A DNA stretch of 64,000 nucleotides from the sequence record NZ_CP148139.1, one strand, 5' to 3'. The notes under the pieces were generated by a model. The model had not been told where the DNA came from. It ran no database searches and saw only the letters and a program-made list of their open reading frames with translations. Source of the DNA: a plasmid. The first letter of the stretch is position 1. Each line of letters opens with the position of its first letter. Positions 38,862 through 48,738 of this stretch are shown in pieces. Position numbers and translations under genes: made by a program.

Positions 38862-39305
38862 TTAATCATCATCCGGGAACAGATGCTGGACGTTCTTACG
38901 GGTTTCTTCCAGATTCCTATCCTCCGGTGCTGCCGGTTCGGGAGTCACGGCGGGACTGTTTTCCGGCGCAGCGCCGCCTGCCGGCGACACCGTATTGCTG
39001 CCACCGCCGGTGGCCTGCAGAAACGCCTCAACCAGACGCGCCATCTCTCCTGTATCCTGCTGCGGCAGCGTACTGCTGATGATCCGCTGAATATCCTGCA
39101 TCGAGGTGCTCTCCGTCAGAAATTCAGCGATCAGGAACGGCAGGCGTTCGTCCTGCTTCATCAACGCAGCACCACAGAGCATCATGGCGCGCATCGCGCG
39201 GCCACGCTCTTTCTGAGGCAGTTTCTCAAGAAAGCCGTCAGCTACCCGGTCCGCCGCATTGCGCTCCGGGTAGATATAAAACGAGCACTTACGGTTATCA
39301 GTCAT
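38862..39305 (-). CDS. parR: ParR/StbB-like centromere-binding adaptor
   Basis: 147 aa; QKERGRAMRAMMLCGAALMKQDERLPFLIAEFLTE resembles R1 ParR core; downstream of parM. Confidence 0.6.
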   Translation of the reverse strand: MTDNRKCSFYIYPERNAADRVADGFLEKLPQKERGRAMRAMMLCGAALMKQDERLPFLIAEFLTESTSMQDIQRIISSTLPQQDTGEMARLVEAFLQATGGGSNTVSPAGGAAPENSPAVTPEPAAPEDRNLEETRKNVQHLFPDDD

Positions 39306-39307
39306 AC

Positions 39308-40282
39308 TCAGCCCTTCATTGCCACCATACCCAGAACCAGATCGAATTGCGGGTTATCACTGACGAAGAAACGATCGTCACTCACCCCCGTGGCCTGCTT
39401 CACTGCGCCGGCGACCAGGCTGGCGCCGCCACCGACAACCATGACGTGCGTGAAACCGGCAAAGCGGCCAACTGAATCGGTGACACGGTGCGTCAGGGCT
39501 TTTTCCCGCTCATGCAGTACCTTCATCACCTGGGCCCGCTGGTCAGCATTCTGGAGGTAACGGGAAAGAAACGTTTCGTCATTTCGCGCCTGGATCAGAC
39601 GGTCGGCAAAATACGAACTGGTACGGGTGCTCACGCTGGTATCCAGTGCATGTTTTACGGCTTCGGTGATGATGGATACACCGGTTTTAGGATCGCAATG
39701 CGTCTTGGTGAAGCCGGACATTTTGCTGCGAACGTGCGCGATATCCAGCGTGGTTCCACCGATATCCACAATCAGCAGGGAGTCCAGATCGTCCAGATCC
39801 TTCAGCACACTGAAGCCTGCAGGGACCGACTCTGGCAGTACGCTGACTTTACGCACGGTAAAGCTCTCACGCCCCTGAACGGCCACCGCGCGCTTCACGT
39901 TCGCTTTTTTCCGCTCGATGTTGGCCATATTAGGCTGATCGTTTTCATCCAGGTACTCGCCCAGCGGCAGCGTCACCACAACATCAACCGGCTGCGGTTC
40001 AATGCCGGACTGCATCAGGGCATGGTGGATAGCGACGACATTCACATCACTGTACTGATAGCGGGTTTCCGTGGTGCGCACGGCATCCGGGCTCAGCTGG
40101 TCAAAGCTGTACTTTTCCCCGTCAATTTCATAGTTGGCGGAAGCCGGCACTGATGAATCTGTCAGCAACGTCATGGACCATTCGGGCTTGAAGCTGTTCG
40201 GACTGATCAACGTTTTGACCGCACCATCTTCCATCCATGCCAGTTTGATGTTGGTGGAACCGTCGTCAACAAAAATACGCAT
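39308..40282 (-). CDS. parM: ParM/StbA actin-like partition ATPase
   Basis: Start at MRIFVDDGSTNIKLAW (the ORF track extends to 40432); DGSTNIKL phosphate-1 motif, SLLIVDIGGTTLDI, THVMVVGGGA as in ParM of R1. Confidence 0.85.
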   Translation of the reverse strand: MRIFVDDGSTNIKLAWMEDGAVKTLISPNSFKPEWSMTLLTDSSVPASANYEIDGEKYSFDQLSPDAVRTTETRYQYSDVNVVAIHHALMQSGIEPQPVDVVVTLPLGEYLDENDQPNMANIERKKANVKRAVAVQGRESFTVRKVSVLPESVPAGFSVLKDLDDLDSLLIVDIGGTTLDIAHVRSKMSGFTKTHCDPKTGVSIITEAVKHALDTSVSTRTSSYFADRLIQARNDETFLSRYLQNADQRAQVMKVLHEREKALTHRVTDSVGRFAGFTHVMVVGGGASLVAGAVKQATGVSDDRFFVSDNPQFDLVLGMVAMKG

Positions 40283-40289
40283 TTTGAAC

Positions 40290-40500
40290 CTCACATTATT
40301 TAGAAAAAAACCGTAGAAATCAGGAAAAATACAGCTTTCAAATGGATTATTACGCATCCCTGCTGACGTGTAAAGACAAAATGATGCACCAATATAGAAA
40401 AATACAGAAAAATACCGAATAAAAATCAACAAAAGACGGTCAGGCCGTCCTCAAAACGGCCTAATATAGAAATATGAGAGATTATTTTAGATTTATAAGG
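40290..40500 (-). promoter_or_regulatory. parC-like centromere/promoter region with GAAAAATACAG-type iterons
   Basis: caggaaaaatacagc ... atagaaaaatacagaaaaataccgaa repeats upstream of parM. Confidence 0.5.
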
Positions 40501-40522
40501 AAATAACAGGGATGAATACGGA

Positions 40523-41263
40523 TTATTCCGGAAGCGTTAGATGACTGTCTGGCAGGCTGAACCGGACGCCATACTGACGGCCGACATCGAGCGCAAACAC
40601 GCGCGTGTAGGTTTCTGTGGTTTCCAGCCGGGAATGCCCGGCATAGGCCTGTACAACTTTCAGCGGAACCCCATGCTGGATCAGGTGCATACAGAAGCTG
40701 TGACGGAACGTGTGGCAGGTAACAGGGATACTAAAAGTGACAGAGTCACGTTTTGCGAGGTCCAGTGCCTTCCTGATCCAGTTACGCGGCGTGTTATCAC
40801 TCTGCACCGGCCAGAGCAGCTGCTGTTTACCAATACGCAGGGTGGTCAGAAATTCACGCACCTTCCTGACATATTGAGGATCGGTCAGAGGAACAAGACG
40901 GAACACCTCTTCATCCTTGCCCGGCCTGCCGCGGCCACGCTGACGCTGTTTAAGCGTCTTCAGCCGGACAAACGGCCGGGAACCGTCAAGCTGAAAGCTG
41001 GCGCCGGTCAGCGCCAGCGCCTCATTAATACGCGCGCCCGTGTTCCAGAGGGTATCGAAAAGGACCTGCTGGCGCAGGTCTGGCACATACCGCAGAAACA
41101 CCGACACCTCCGGGGCCAGCAGGTATTTGGGTAAATCAGCCTGGCTGGCCATCTCCCGCAGCGCCAGCGCATCGGCATAATCGAAGTAGGCATATGTCAC
41201 GCGCCCGGTCCCGATGGCGTCGCTACGTGAATTCTGAGAAATTTGCAGGGGGAAAGTGTTCAA
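40523..41263 (-). CDS. resD: Tyrosine recombinase (plasmid multimer resolvase, ResD/FimB-like)
   Basis: 246 aa; HTFRHSFCMHLIQHGVPLKVVQAYAGHSRLETTETYTRV. Confidence 0.75.
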   Translation of the reverse strand: MNTFPLQISQNSRSDAIGTGRVTYAYFDYADALALREMASQADLPKYLLAPEVSVFLRYVPDLRQQVLFDTLWNTGARINEALALTGASFQLDGSRPFVRLKTLKQRQRGRGRPGKDEEVFRLVPLTDPQYVRKVREFLTTLRIGKQQLLWPVQSDNTPRNWIRKALDLAKRDSVTFSIPVTCHTFRHSFCMHLIQHGVPLKVVQAYAGHSRLETTETYTRVFALDVGRQYGVRFSLPDSHLTLPE

Positions 41264-41526
41264 TTTTTTAAAATCCGCTAATCAGCCGTCAGGCGACTGA
41301 ATTTTATGAAATTTCTCGCTGAAATCGACCGCATCCTGCATATCAAACGTCATACTGCGGGTGGAGGCGGTCGAGCTCCAGCTTTTCCCGCCGCCGATCC
41401 CGTAAGGAGGTAGCGCCTGTCCGTGTAGCGGCTGGTTGTGTCGGGCTGCAAAAACCAGCTCCCCGACAGGTACTTTTAACATCATAGCAAACATATCCGC
41501 GCTGATTCGGCGGCCTTTCAATCCAC

Positions 41527-42012
41527 TCATAACAACCTGTAACTGAATCCTGTACCACGACTTTTGTTGTAAATCTGCTGACCAGACTGACCTTCATCTT
41601 CACTGAATACCACCATACGGCGGCCGTTAGTCAGTGAATCCATTTTACGCTGTGCGCCATTATCGTCATAACGCACAGGCAGGCACGCACCTTTATGGCT
41701 GTTTTCACTCTCGACGCGGAACACCCTTACCCTGACGGCGTTCTTCCGCACCTGGTCAGGATCTTCACCACTGACCACACCCGTCAGTTTCTGAAGCGTA
41801 TCAGCCGGACTGCTGTACTCAGCCTGGCTGAGATAGCGGCCGTTCGGGGTTAACCAGAAATCCTGGCTGTCACTGACACGGTAGGTTTCGCCGTGGCTGG
41901 CGATGCCTGAGACGTTACAGAAGCGGTCATAATCGGTGGGCTGTCCGGGGAGCATGGCGCACCCTGTCAGCAACAGTGCCGGCAGGGCGGCGACGTATCC
42001 TTTGAATTTCAT
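41527..42012 (-). CDS. Lipoprotein
   Basis: 161 aa; LLTGCA lipobox. Confidence 0.45.
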   Translation of the reverse strand: MKFKGYVAALPALLLTGCAMLPGQPTDYDRFCNVSGIASHGETYRVSDSQDFWLTPNGRYLSQAEYSSPADTLQKLTGVVSGEDPDQVRKNAVRVRVFRVESENSHKGACLPVRYDDNGAQRKMDSLTNGRRMVVFSEDEGQSGQQIYNKSRGTGFSYRLL

Positions 42013-42596
42013 GTTGTCTCCTGTTCAGGTTGAACCATTTCGGCCGGTGGCCGGTATCCCGGATACGGGATAAACGGCGCATCGGTGGCAATAAGGTCTA
42101 GCAGCTTCTGGCCACTGACCAGGATCATACGGCTGTCTCCGCGAATGAGCGATTTGGTTCCTTCGCGCGTTTTGCCGGTATGGCAGAAAAAACCGCGGGC
42201 ACCGGTGGCGTTCAGCAGGTCGCTGAAGTCACGGACGTGGCCAACGGCAATATAGCTGGTATAGCGTTTGGCCTGGATAAGCCAGGTCTGGCCATCAATC
42301 TTCACACGGCCATCAATCCCGCCGTCACCGGTATACCGGCGGTTACGGATCACTTCAAAGCCTCGGCGTTCAAAGCCTTCAAGCAGCAGCTCTTCGAACA
42401 CAAACGGGTCAATCTTGCGCAGATAGGCAATTTTCTGCCCGAAATGCGGAAACGTATTAATTTTATCGATCACACGTACCGCGCTGGCCTGTTTCCGTTC
42501 GTGCCGGCGCCGGCGTCGCCGTGTACCCAGCCAGAGGCCATACAGCAGGATACCCGCAAGGATAAAAGAGCCGACAACATGGATGGACTCATTCAT
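42009..42596 (-). CDS. Membrane-anchored Mrr_cat-like restriction-endonuclease-fold protein
   Basis: 195 aa; N-terminal TM + RRRRRRHERK; YTGDGGIDGRVKIDGQTWLIQAKRY core. Confidence 0.5.
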   Translation of the reverse strand: MNESIHVVGSFILAGILLYGLWLGTRRRRRRHERKQASAVRVIDKINTFPHFGQKIAYLRKIDPFVFEELLLEGFERRGFEVIRNRRYTGDGGIDGRVKIDGQTWLIQAKRYTSYIAVGHVRDFSDLLNATGARGFFCHTGKTREGTKSLIRGDSRMILVSGQKLLDLIATDAPFIPYPGYRPPAEMVQPEQETT

Positions 42597-42837
42597 TATC
42601 GATCCTCAGCACTTCATACTTCAGCTGCCGCAGCAGCCTGTCTTTGCTCATGGTTTTCAGGGTGGGCCATTCCGCTTTCAGCGTCAGCGCGACGGTGGCA
42701 AGTTGTATGGTCCGGGGTACTGTCTCACCGTCCTCATATTTTACCAGGCTGGTACGGCTGATACCGAGCTCAGCCGCGGCGCGTTCCTGGGTCCAGTTCA
42801 GGCCCCGTCGCCACAGGATCAAGTCAAAGCCGGTCAA
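42589..42837 (-). CDS. XRE-family HTH regulator (KorC-like candidate)
   Basis: 82 aa; LNWTQERAAAELGISRTSLVKYEDGE. Confidence 0.55.
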   Translation of the reverse strand: MTGFDLILWRRGLNWTQERAAAELGISRTSLVKYEDGETVPRTIQLATVALTLKAEWPTLKTMSKDRLLRQLKYEVLRIDNE

Positions 42838-43295
42838 TCCGCCGCACTCCCATGCTCAGTGCCGGGCTTCGTGCCGGCGGGTACGGCCTCTTTCCCCTGT
42901 GCCTTTTTTTCCGCCGGGGCCGGGTAGGCCGAGGCCAGTTGTGCCCGGAAATCACGCCACGCTGACAGCCAGAGCGCATCAGATACCTGGTCAGACGACA
43001 GATTAAGGACCGCATTGCGGTCACGCCAGTGGCTAAATGTCTGAGCCGGCAGGCCGGCACGCCGGCGCAACTGCTGCTCGTCGAAATAGGCACACTGAAC
43101 CAGGAGGTGTCTGACGTTCTGCGGGACAACTTCATCCCTGGCCCCTTCCGGCACAGCCAGCATCCCGGCGCTGCATATCCCCTGAATGCCCGCCTCGGTA
43201 TAAATCTGCTGCAGATTGGTATCATCACCCTGCGCAGCGCCGGCGGTGTGCGCCACAACCAGCATGATGCCGGCAATAAGTGGTTTCTTTATCAT
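42834..43295 (-). CDS. Secreted hypothetical protein
   Basis: 153 aa with signal peptide. Confidence 0.4.
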   Translation of the reverse strand: MIKKPLIAGIMLVVAHTAGAAQGDDTNLQQIYTEAGIQGICSAGMLAVPEGARDEVVPQNVRHLLVQCAYFDEQQLRRRAGLPAQTFSHWRDRNAVLNLSSDQVSDALWLSAWRDFRAQLASAYPAPAEKKAQGKEAVPAGTKPGTEHGSAAD

Positions 43296-43363
43296 GCGTA
43301 CTCAGCTCCTGGCCGAATCCTAGTGGACTGGCCTGTTATAATCTGCCTGTATTTATAGCCTGA

Positions 43364-43392
43364 AAATGTTCATATTTGAACATTTTTTATGT
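43364..43392. promoter_or_regulatory. Palindromic operator-like site in divergent promoter region
   Basis: aatgttcaTATTtgaacatt inverted repeat. Confidence 0.35.
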
Positions 43393-43435
43393 ATATTAAT
43401 TCCGCAAATTCGCCATAAACACAACAGGAGACACG

Positions 43436-43981
43436 ATGGATATCAACTACTACGATGAACATCAGGAAGAATTTGAGGCGGTTAAACTGGCGCTGAAGGG
43501 CGAAATGGAGAGGATCTGGGGCTCCATGCTGAAAGAACGCGGGGACAATCTGGATGATGAAGCCACGTACCTGAACCTGTTTGAAGAATTGCAGTATAAC
43601 TTCTCTCCGTCCAGTTTCAGTAAGCTCACCCCGGCGCAGGAACTGGATAAAGATAAAATAGCGGCCTTTGTGGCCAGAACCCGCGGCTATAAGCACGGCA
43701 TCACGATCAAATGCCGGCCGGGTCGCCCGCAGAAGTGGCTGAAAGGCCGAATCAAACCACTTGAGGACGCGGAAGGCACAAACCTGTGCTGGATCGACAC
43801 GGCCACCATCGTGCATATCGGTGCCGGTCAGCAGTTTGACGATCAGTATTACCTCACAGTGACCACACAGACCGGGCAGAGTTACCGCGTGAATGAACTC
43901 CGTCTGCCAGGTCGTCTGCTGGAAGCAGCCCAGGACAGCCTGTTCAGGGCACTGGATTCAACCACCGGCGGTTACTTCTGA
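43436..43981 (+). CDS. Hypothetical protein
   Basis: 181 aa; aggag SD. Confidence 0.45.
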   Translation: MDINYYDEHQEEFEAVKLALKGEMERIWGSMLKERGDNLDDEATYLNLFEELQYNFSPSSFSKLTPAQELDKDKIAAFVARTRGYKHGITIKCRPGRPQKWLKGRIKPLEDAEGTNLCWIDTATIVHIGAGQQFDDQYYLTVTTQTGQSYRVNELRLPGRLLEAAQDSLFRALDSTTGGYF

Positions 43982-44133
43982 TAGGGCGTTGCACCACGCT
44001 TATCGGGGATTTATACTCGCAGTGATTAACAGATTAATTTTCCGTTTACTCCGACAGAAAGTTAAGTAATAAAAAGGTCTATAATTAAAAGGCGCCCTTC
44101 CTCACCAGTTGGACGCCTTTTGTGTATGCATCA

Positions 44134-44541
44134 TCAGTTATCTGTAAACCCTGAAAGAAGTGTGATGGACACGTCGTCTTCTTCACGCGCTACCATCACC
44201 GGTACATCCTTCCAGCGTGCCACGTTTTCTCCCCACTTTTGCAGGTCAGCACATGACAGATTGTGCCTCTGACATAACCTCAGAATGGTGTCATTCGAAT
44301 ACCAGTCTATGCGGGACAGGTGTTCACGGATCACCCATTCATCCCACGGCCGGCCGTCAAATGCAGGTTCACGCCGCCGCCATTCCGGATTGTTAATGAC
44401 CAGATAATCGCCAACATAAAGACGGTCGGTCAGCTGATATATATCAACGAAGCCAACCTCACTGTCAGGGATCACTTCCAGGAAGAGATAACCCGCTACG
44501 GGGTGTACCGCGCCCAGAAGCACCATAGGCTGAGTCACCAT
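44134..44541 (-). CDS. Hypothetical protein (3rd gene of a three-gene operon)
   Basis: Start at MVTQPMVLLG overlapping upstream stop (ATGA); ORF track 44134-44610. Confidence 0.4.
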   Translation of the reverse strand: MVTQPMVLLGAVHPVAGYLFLEVIPDSEVGFVDIYQLTDRLYVGDYLVINNPEWRRREPAFDGRPWDEWVIREHLSRIDWYSNDTILRLCQRHNLSCADLQKWGENVARWKDVPVMVAREEDDVSITLLSGFTDN

Positions 44542-44542
44542 G

Positions 44543-45121
44543 TTATTCCCCCTGTTCGTCTTCAGCTGGCCGCCAGGCCCGCTGCCCTTTATAACCCAGT
44601 AGGGCTTCACACATCAGATCGGTTATACGCGCAATCGCGTAATCCGCACTGTCAGCCCGCAGGGAAATCACGGCCGTTTCCCCCCGGTGCGCGGCGTTCC
44701 AGAATCCGGGCAGCAGCGTCTGGAACCGGGCCCGGTCATCCCCCTCCGACAGCAGGGCTGCATCCGGCAGTCGTTCGCGGATCACATCTTCACCGGCCTG
44801 ACGCAGGATATCGTCACGACTCCAGATGCACAGCGTTGCCGGTCCGCTGCGCATGAGGATAGTAGCGGCGTCAGCCATACTCAGAGTATCCAGCTTCAGC
44901 ATCTCCATGCCCGGCCGACGCAGCACGAATCCAATCGGCCGCCGGTACTTGCCCAGCTGCAGCAGATCGTCGTCCGTAAGCAGCTCCAGGCCACGCTGCA
45001 GGACAAGATGCAGTACTTCAGCCTCTTTAATCGGCCGCAGCAGCCCATGCATGGTGTTCGCTTTGACGGTCAGCGCCTCAATGCGATTCCAGAGCTCATC
45101 ATTTATATGTTTGGTGGCCAT
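44543..45121 (-). CDS. Hypothetical protein (2nd gene)
   Basis: ORF track 44543-45157; likely start MATKHINDELW. Confidence 0.4.
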   Translation of the reverse strand: MATKHINDELWNRIEALTVKANTMHGLLRPIKEAEVLHLVLQRGLELLTDDDLLQLGKYRRPIGFVLRRPGMEMLKLDTLSMADAATILMRSGPATLCIWSRDDILRQAGEDVIRERLPDAALLSEGDDRARFQTLLPGFWNAAHRGETAVISLRADSADYAIARITDLMCEALLGYKGQRAWRPAEDEQGE

Positions 45122-45464
45122 CGGAATGCTCCCCGCCAAAATAAAACCGTTTTCCATCCGCTGCTTTGCCCAGGCATACCGTGTGACCCGTGGTTATCTG
45201 GCCGGCATCCATCAGGAACGGCGCGCCCGGACCGCGAAACACGTCCGGAGCGAGGGCAGCAGGTTCGCCGGCAGCGACCGGCCGGACCATGCCCATATCG
45301 TAACTGTCCGGCAGGTTATCCCGCAGGCAGGCCTGCGTGTAGTCGTCCGCGACCTTCTGCGCCTCTTCCTGCGTGGGGTAACGACCCAGCACGCCGGTGA
45401 TCTCTTTCTTCAGTCCGAAGCCGTAGCCGCGAACCTTGTACGCTTCATATTCCATCCCGTTCAC
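45099..45464 (-). CDS. Hypothetical protein (1st gene)
   Basis: 121 aa. Confidence 0.4.
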   Translation of the reverse strand: MNGMEYEAYKVRGYGFGLKKEITGVLGRYPTQEEAQKVADDYTQACLRDNLPDSYDMGMVRPVAAGEPAALAPDVFRGPGAPFLMDAGQITTGHTVCLGKAADGKRFYFGGEHSDGHQTYK

Positions 45465-45982
45465 TCCGCTTGCCGTTGTTTACTGAATAACCATACTCTA
45501 ATAAATTAGGTTTCATGCGTATATTATAAATATTTAGATTTAGCACTAAAAGCTAATTCAATGAAGCGACACACCGGGAATCATCACGCTGCATGACGAC
45601 CGCACGATTTACCCCGCCGGATGATTCGCCCCCTTATCTTTTCACCTTGTGACTTTTACGCCTGCAACCACCGGAAAATACCTTTTCGCCGGTGCCGCCA
45701 TTGCGGAAAAAACGTAAATACCGAAAAAAGCGAAATCAACAGGGAGAGGAAGGCAGGGGGACGGTCGCACGGTTGCCGTGCGCGGGCACCATATCTTGTG
45801 CCGTTCTCAGCTGACGGAGCCACTACATATAGCGTTATCCACAGAAACGGTGGATAAGTGGCGGCGCTGCGGAGAATACCGCTAAACCGCAACGGCGAAA
45901 AAATGTGGTCCCGCGCGCAAAAGTGCGGTACAAATGGCTGTACATTATGTAAAGCCAGATGACTGTACAAAAAGGAAGGAGC

Positions 45983-47170
45983 ATGACCGGTTTTTTTGAA
46001 CGTAAAAAGCGGGCCAAAAACGCCCAGCTGACCGTGCGTCTCGATGAGCAGCTGAAGAAACGCGCCGAACTGCGTCTGGAGGCAATGGGGATGACCGCCA
46101 CGGAAGCGGTGGAGCAGCTTTACCGCTTCATCGCCGATCACGGCCGGATGCCCGTCACGGAGCGTATCGTCACATTTGACATCCAGTCACAGCGCGGCCG
46201 CGCCATCGCCCTCAATCCCGCCGACGCTGTGACCGAAAACACCCGGCGGTTTCTGCAGTCGCTGGGAGCTGTGGAAGTGGTCTGCTGCGATCCCGCTGCA
46301 TTTGAACAGGCGGTACTGGAGTACTTCAGCCTGTATGTGGCCGACCAGGCTGCCTGTTTACTGGCCGGTGTACTGAACGTCACGTTCATGGTTAATGCCG
46401 CCAGTCGCGTGAAAGATGACTGGCATGACAGGCTGCTGTCCCTGTTACAGCGCGACTTTGATTTCAGCGAAGAACAGTCAGTGACGTTCATTAACAGCAT
46501 CGTAGACAGCGAACATGTCGATCCTGCCATCGTCAGTCGAAATAATACGGCCTGGCGGAGCGGAAAAAGCACCGGGTCCGGCGCCGCCGTCCTGCAGCGT
46601 TTCCTGACGTTCCTGGCGGAGCGGGGCGTCAGCTGCAGCGATCCGCAGAGACTGACCGAAAGCGCCGGCCGTGCATGGGGCGTGCGTGAAAATATGATCG
46701 GGAATATGCCCCCGGACATGCAGCAGGCCATAAACGATGGCGTCATTTTTGAGGCCAGCGCTGACACGCCGGACTTTTCCCCTGAGCTGGCGGCGGCGTT
46801 TGGCTTCACACAGGCCCAGGCAGAAGCGGTGCTGAAACCCGCCCTGGCCGCCAGGGATCTCCCCGGTTTCCTGCAGCGCTTTCTGGCGTTCCTGGCCGAC
46901 CGGGGCATCAGCTGCAGCAATCCCCGGCGGTTTACTGAAAAGGTCACTGAACACGCCAGCCATGAGGGGCTGCACCGGCTTATTGCGATGTTGATGTCGC
47001 GCATCAGGGATGAGGGGGTCTGTTTTGTCTTTCACAATGAATCCCCGGACGAACTGCCGCGCCTGGCCGCGTCACTGCCCGGCGAACTGGCCGATACCTT
47101 CGGGTTTACGGGATGGCAGGCAACAACAATACTGCGTCAAATCCAGCCGGCACGGCCGGGGCAGGATTAG
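45983..47170 (+). CDS. Hypothetical protein with N-terminal RHH-like (RelB/ParG-type) segment and an internal ~90-aa tandem duplication
   Basis: aaggaaggag SD; TVRLDEQLKKRAELRLEAMGMTATEAV; duplicated blocks LQRFLTFLAERGVSCSDPQRLTE / LQRFLAFLADRGISCSNPRRFTE each followed by a FGFT(Q/G) motif. Confidence 0.45.
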   Translation: MTGFFERKKRAKNAQLTVRLDEQLKKRAELRLEAMGMTATEAVEQLYRFIADHGRMPVTERIVTFDIQSQRGRAIALNPADAVTENTRRFLQSLGAVEVVCCDPAAFEQAVLEYFSLYVADQAACLLAGVLNVTFMVNAASRVKDDWHDRLLSLLQRDFDFSEEQSVTFINSIVDSEHVDPAIVSRNNTAWRSGKSTGSGAAVLQRFLTFLAERGVSCSDPQRLTESAGRAWGVRENMIGNMPPDMQQAINDGVIFEASADTPDFSPELAAAFGFTQAQAEAVLKPALAARDLPGFLQRFLAFLADRGISCSNPRRFTEKVTEHASHEGLHRLIAMLMSRIRDEGVCFVFHNESPDELPRLAASLPGELADTFGFTGWQATTILRQIQPARPGQD

Positions 47171-47188
47171 GGCCGGGAGCCTCACGCG

Positions 47189-47461
47189 ATGAAAACGACC
47201 TGTTATGCGGACGGCATCACGGCGGCGCCACTTTCCCCGCAGGAGTGGCGGGCACTGCTCAGGGCGAAAGGCTGGAAGCAGAAGGATCTGGCCCGCCGCT
47301 GGAATGTGTCAGAAACCTGGATCAGTAAGCTGGCCAATAACCCCGATCGGGGCACGCACTGGAACGATGCCTGCCGGGGTCTGCCCGATATGCGTGCCCG
47401 GCGGCCCGGCGAACCGCGCGCGGCAGGCACAGACGCACCAGAGCCGGGAGGCCCTGAATGA
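47189..47461 (+). CDS. Hypothetical small protein
   Basis: 90 aa; stop overlaps next start. Confidence 0.35.
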   Translation: MKTTCYADGITAAPLSPQEWRALLRAKGWKQKDLARRWNVSETWISKLANNPDRGTHWNDACRGLPDMRARRPGEPRAAGTDAPEPGGPE

Positions 47462-48141
47462 ACAAACGTCTTCACCTCATCACCACCTGTACCCGGCGCA
47501 AGGCGGGCAGCGTGGAGGATACCGTTTTTCCGGGCGACACTTCCCTTGATGACGCCTTTGACGGCTGGTACAGGCTGATCGCCCAGGCCGCCCGCCGTCC
47601 TGGCAGGGTGCTGGAAACGGGAGAGCTTTACCGGGGCGCACACTGGCTGCGTGCCCGCGGTATCGCGGCGCGGTGGCCGGGCATCGAGCTGTGGGCCATG
47701 TCGGCCGGTCTGGGGCTGCGCCACCATACCGATCCGGCGGTCGCGTATGAGGCAACGTTTCACGCCATGCCCTTCGCGCCGGCGACCGTCTGGGGCTCAC
47801 TGACGGCACGCCCCCCGCTGGCGGGCCGCTGCGCCTCCCTGGCTGAGCTGATGCAACGCTGCCCGGACGATCGCTTTGTGATCGCCGGTTCACCCGTGTA
47901 TATCAGCGCGGCTGAGCAGGATATTCTGGCCGGCGTGCCGGCACTGCATGATGCGGCCGCTCAGCTGATTATCGTGACCTCACAGGGCTATCGTGGTCCG
48001 CTGCAGCCGTTTCTTAAAAGAAGCCGCGCGGACATGATGGCGACCCTGAAATCGAACATGACGTGCCTGAATATTGCCTGCGCCGGCGCCCTGATTGACG
48101 CCATGATGCAGGCAGACGCCCGGCAGGCGGCAACCATTTAA
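47458..48141 (+). CDS. Hypothetical protein
   Basis: 227 aa. Confidence 0.4.
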   Translation: MNKRLHLITTCTRRKAGSVEDTVFPGDTSLDDAFDGWYRLIAQAARRPGRVLETGELYRGAHWLRARGIAARWPGIELWAMSAGLGLRHHTDPAVAYEATFHAMPFAPATVWGSLTARPPLAGRCASLAELMQRCPDDRFVIAGSPVYISAAEQDILAGVPALHDAAAQLIIVTSQGYRGPLQPFLKRSRADMMATLKSNMTCLNIACAGALIDAMMQADARQAATI

Positions 48142-48185
48142 TACAGACAGAGACTGGCGCTACCGTCGCCAGAAGGGGGTTTTAC

Positions 48186-48404
48186 ATGTTCAGCATCATT
48201 TATCACGCCGGCGCAGCCGTCCTTTTCCTGGTCATGAGCCTGGCGGCCGGCGCCGGCCTCCTGCTTCATAGCCATGAATATACGACAGGTCATTTCTGGA
48301 ACATGACGGGGCTGTGCATTGTGTCAACTCTCGTCTGGATCTGGGCTGTAGCTCAGGCAAAAGAAGCCTGGTACATTTCACGAAACATCAAAAAAGGACT
48401 CTGA
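48186..48404 (+). CDS. Small membrane protein
   Basis: 72 aa, 2 TM. Confidence 0.35.
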   Translation: MFSIIYHAGAAVLFLVMSLAAGAGLLLHSHEYTTGHFWNMTGLCIVSTLVWIWAVAQAKEAWYISRNIKKGL

Positions 48405-48406
48405 CC

Positions 48407-48616
48407 ATGAAAGATGAAATTCGCCACGAAAAACCCGTTGAAGTGAATATACAGCTGACACACAGAGAAGCGCAGGCTCTGGCGCAACTGGTTAAGCGTC
48501 TGGGATTCAGTGACTGCCGCGGCCTGGCGACGTCAGATATTGAGGCATATCTGATGATGGATGGAATCAACCAGATCATGAAAGCACTGGCTGAAGAGGG
48601 CTATGCACCACGATAA
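48407..48616 (+). CDS. Small hypothetical protein
   Basis: MKDEIRHEKPVEVNIQL...; ORF track 48314-48616. Confidence 0.3.
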   Translation: MKDEIRHEKPVEVNIQLTHREAQALAQLVKRLGFSDCRGLATSDIEAYLMMDGINQIMKALAEEGYAPR

Positions 48617-48738
48617 GGGCCGGGACTATCTGGAATTAGCCGGAAATACGGCCCTATCACGCGGGCAGTAAGGAGAGGTTTTAATGTTCCCGACACCAGG
48701 GAAAACAAGCCGCCGTCAAGAGCGGCTGCACATCGCTG

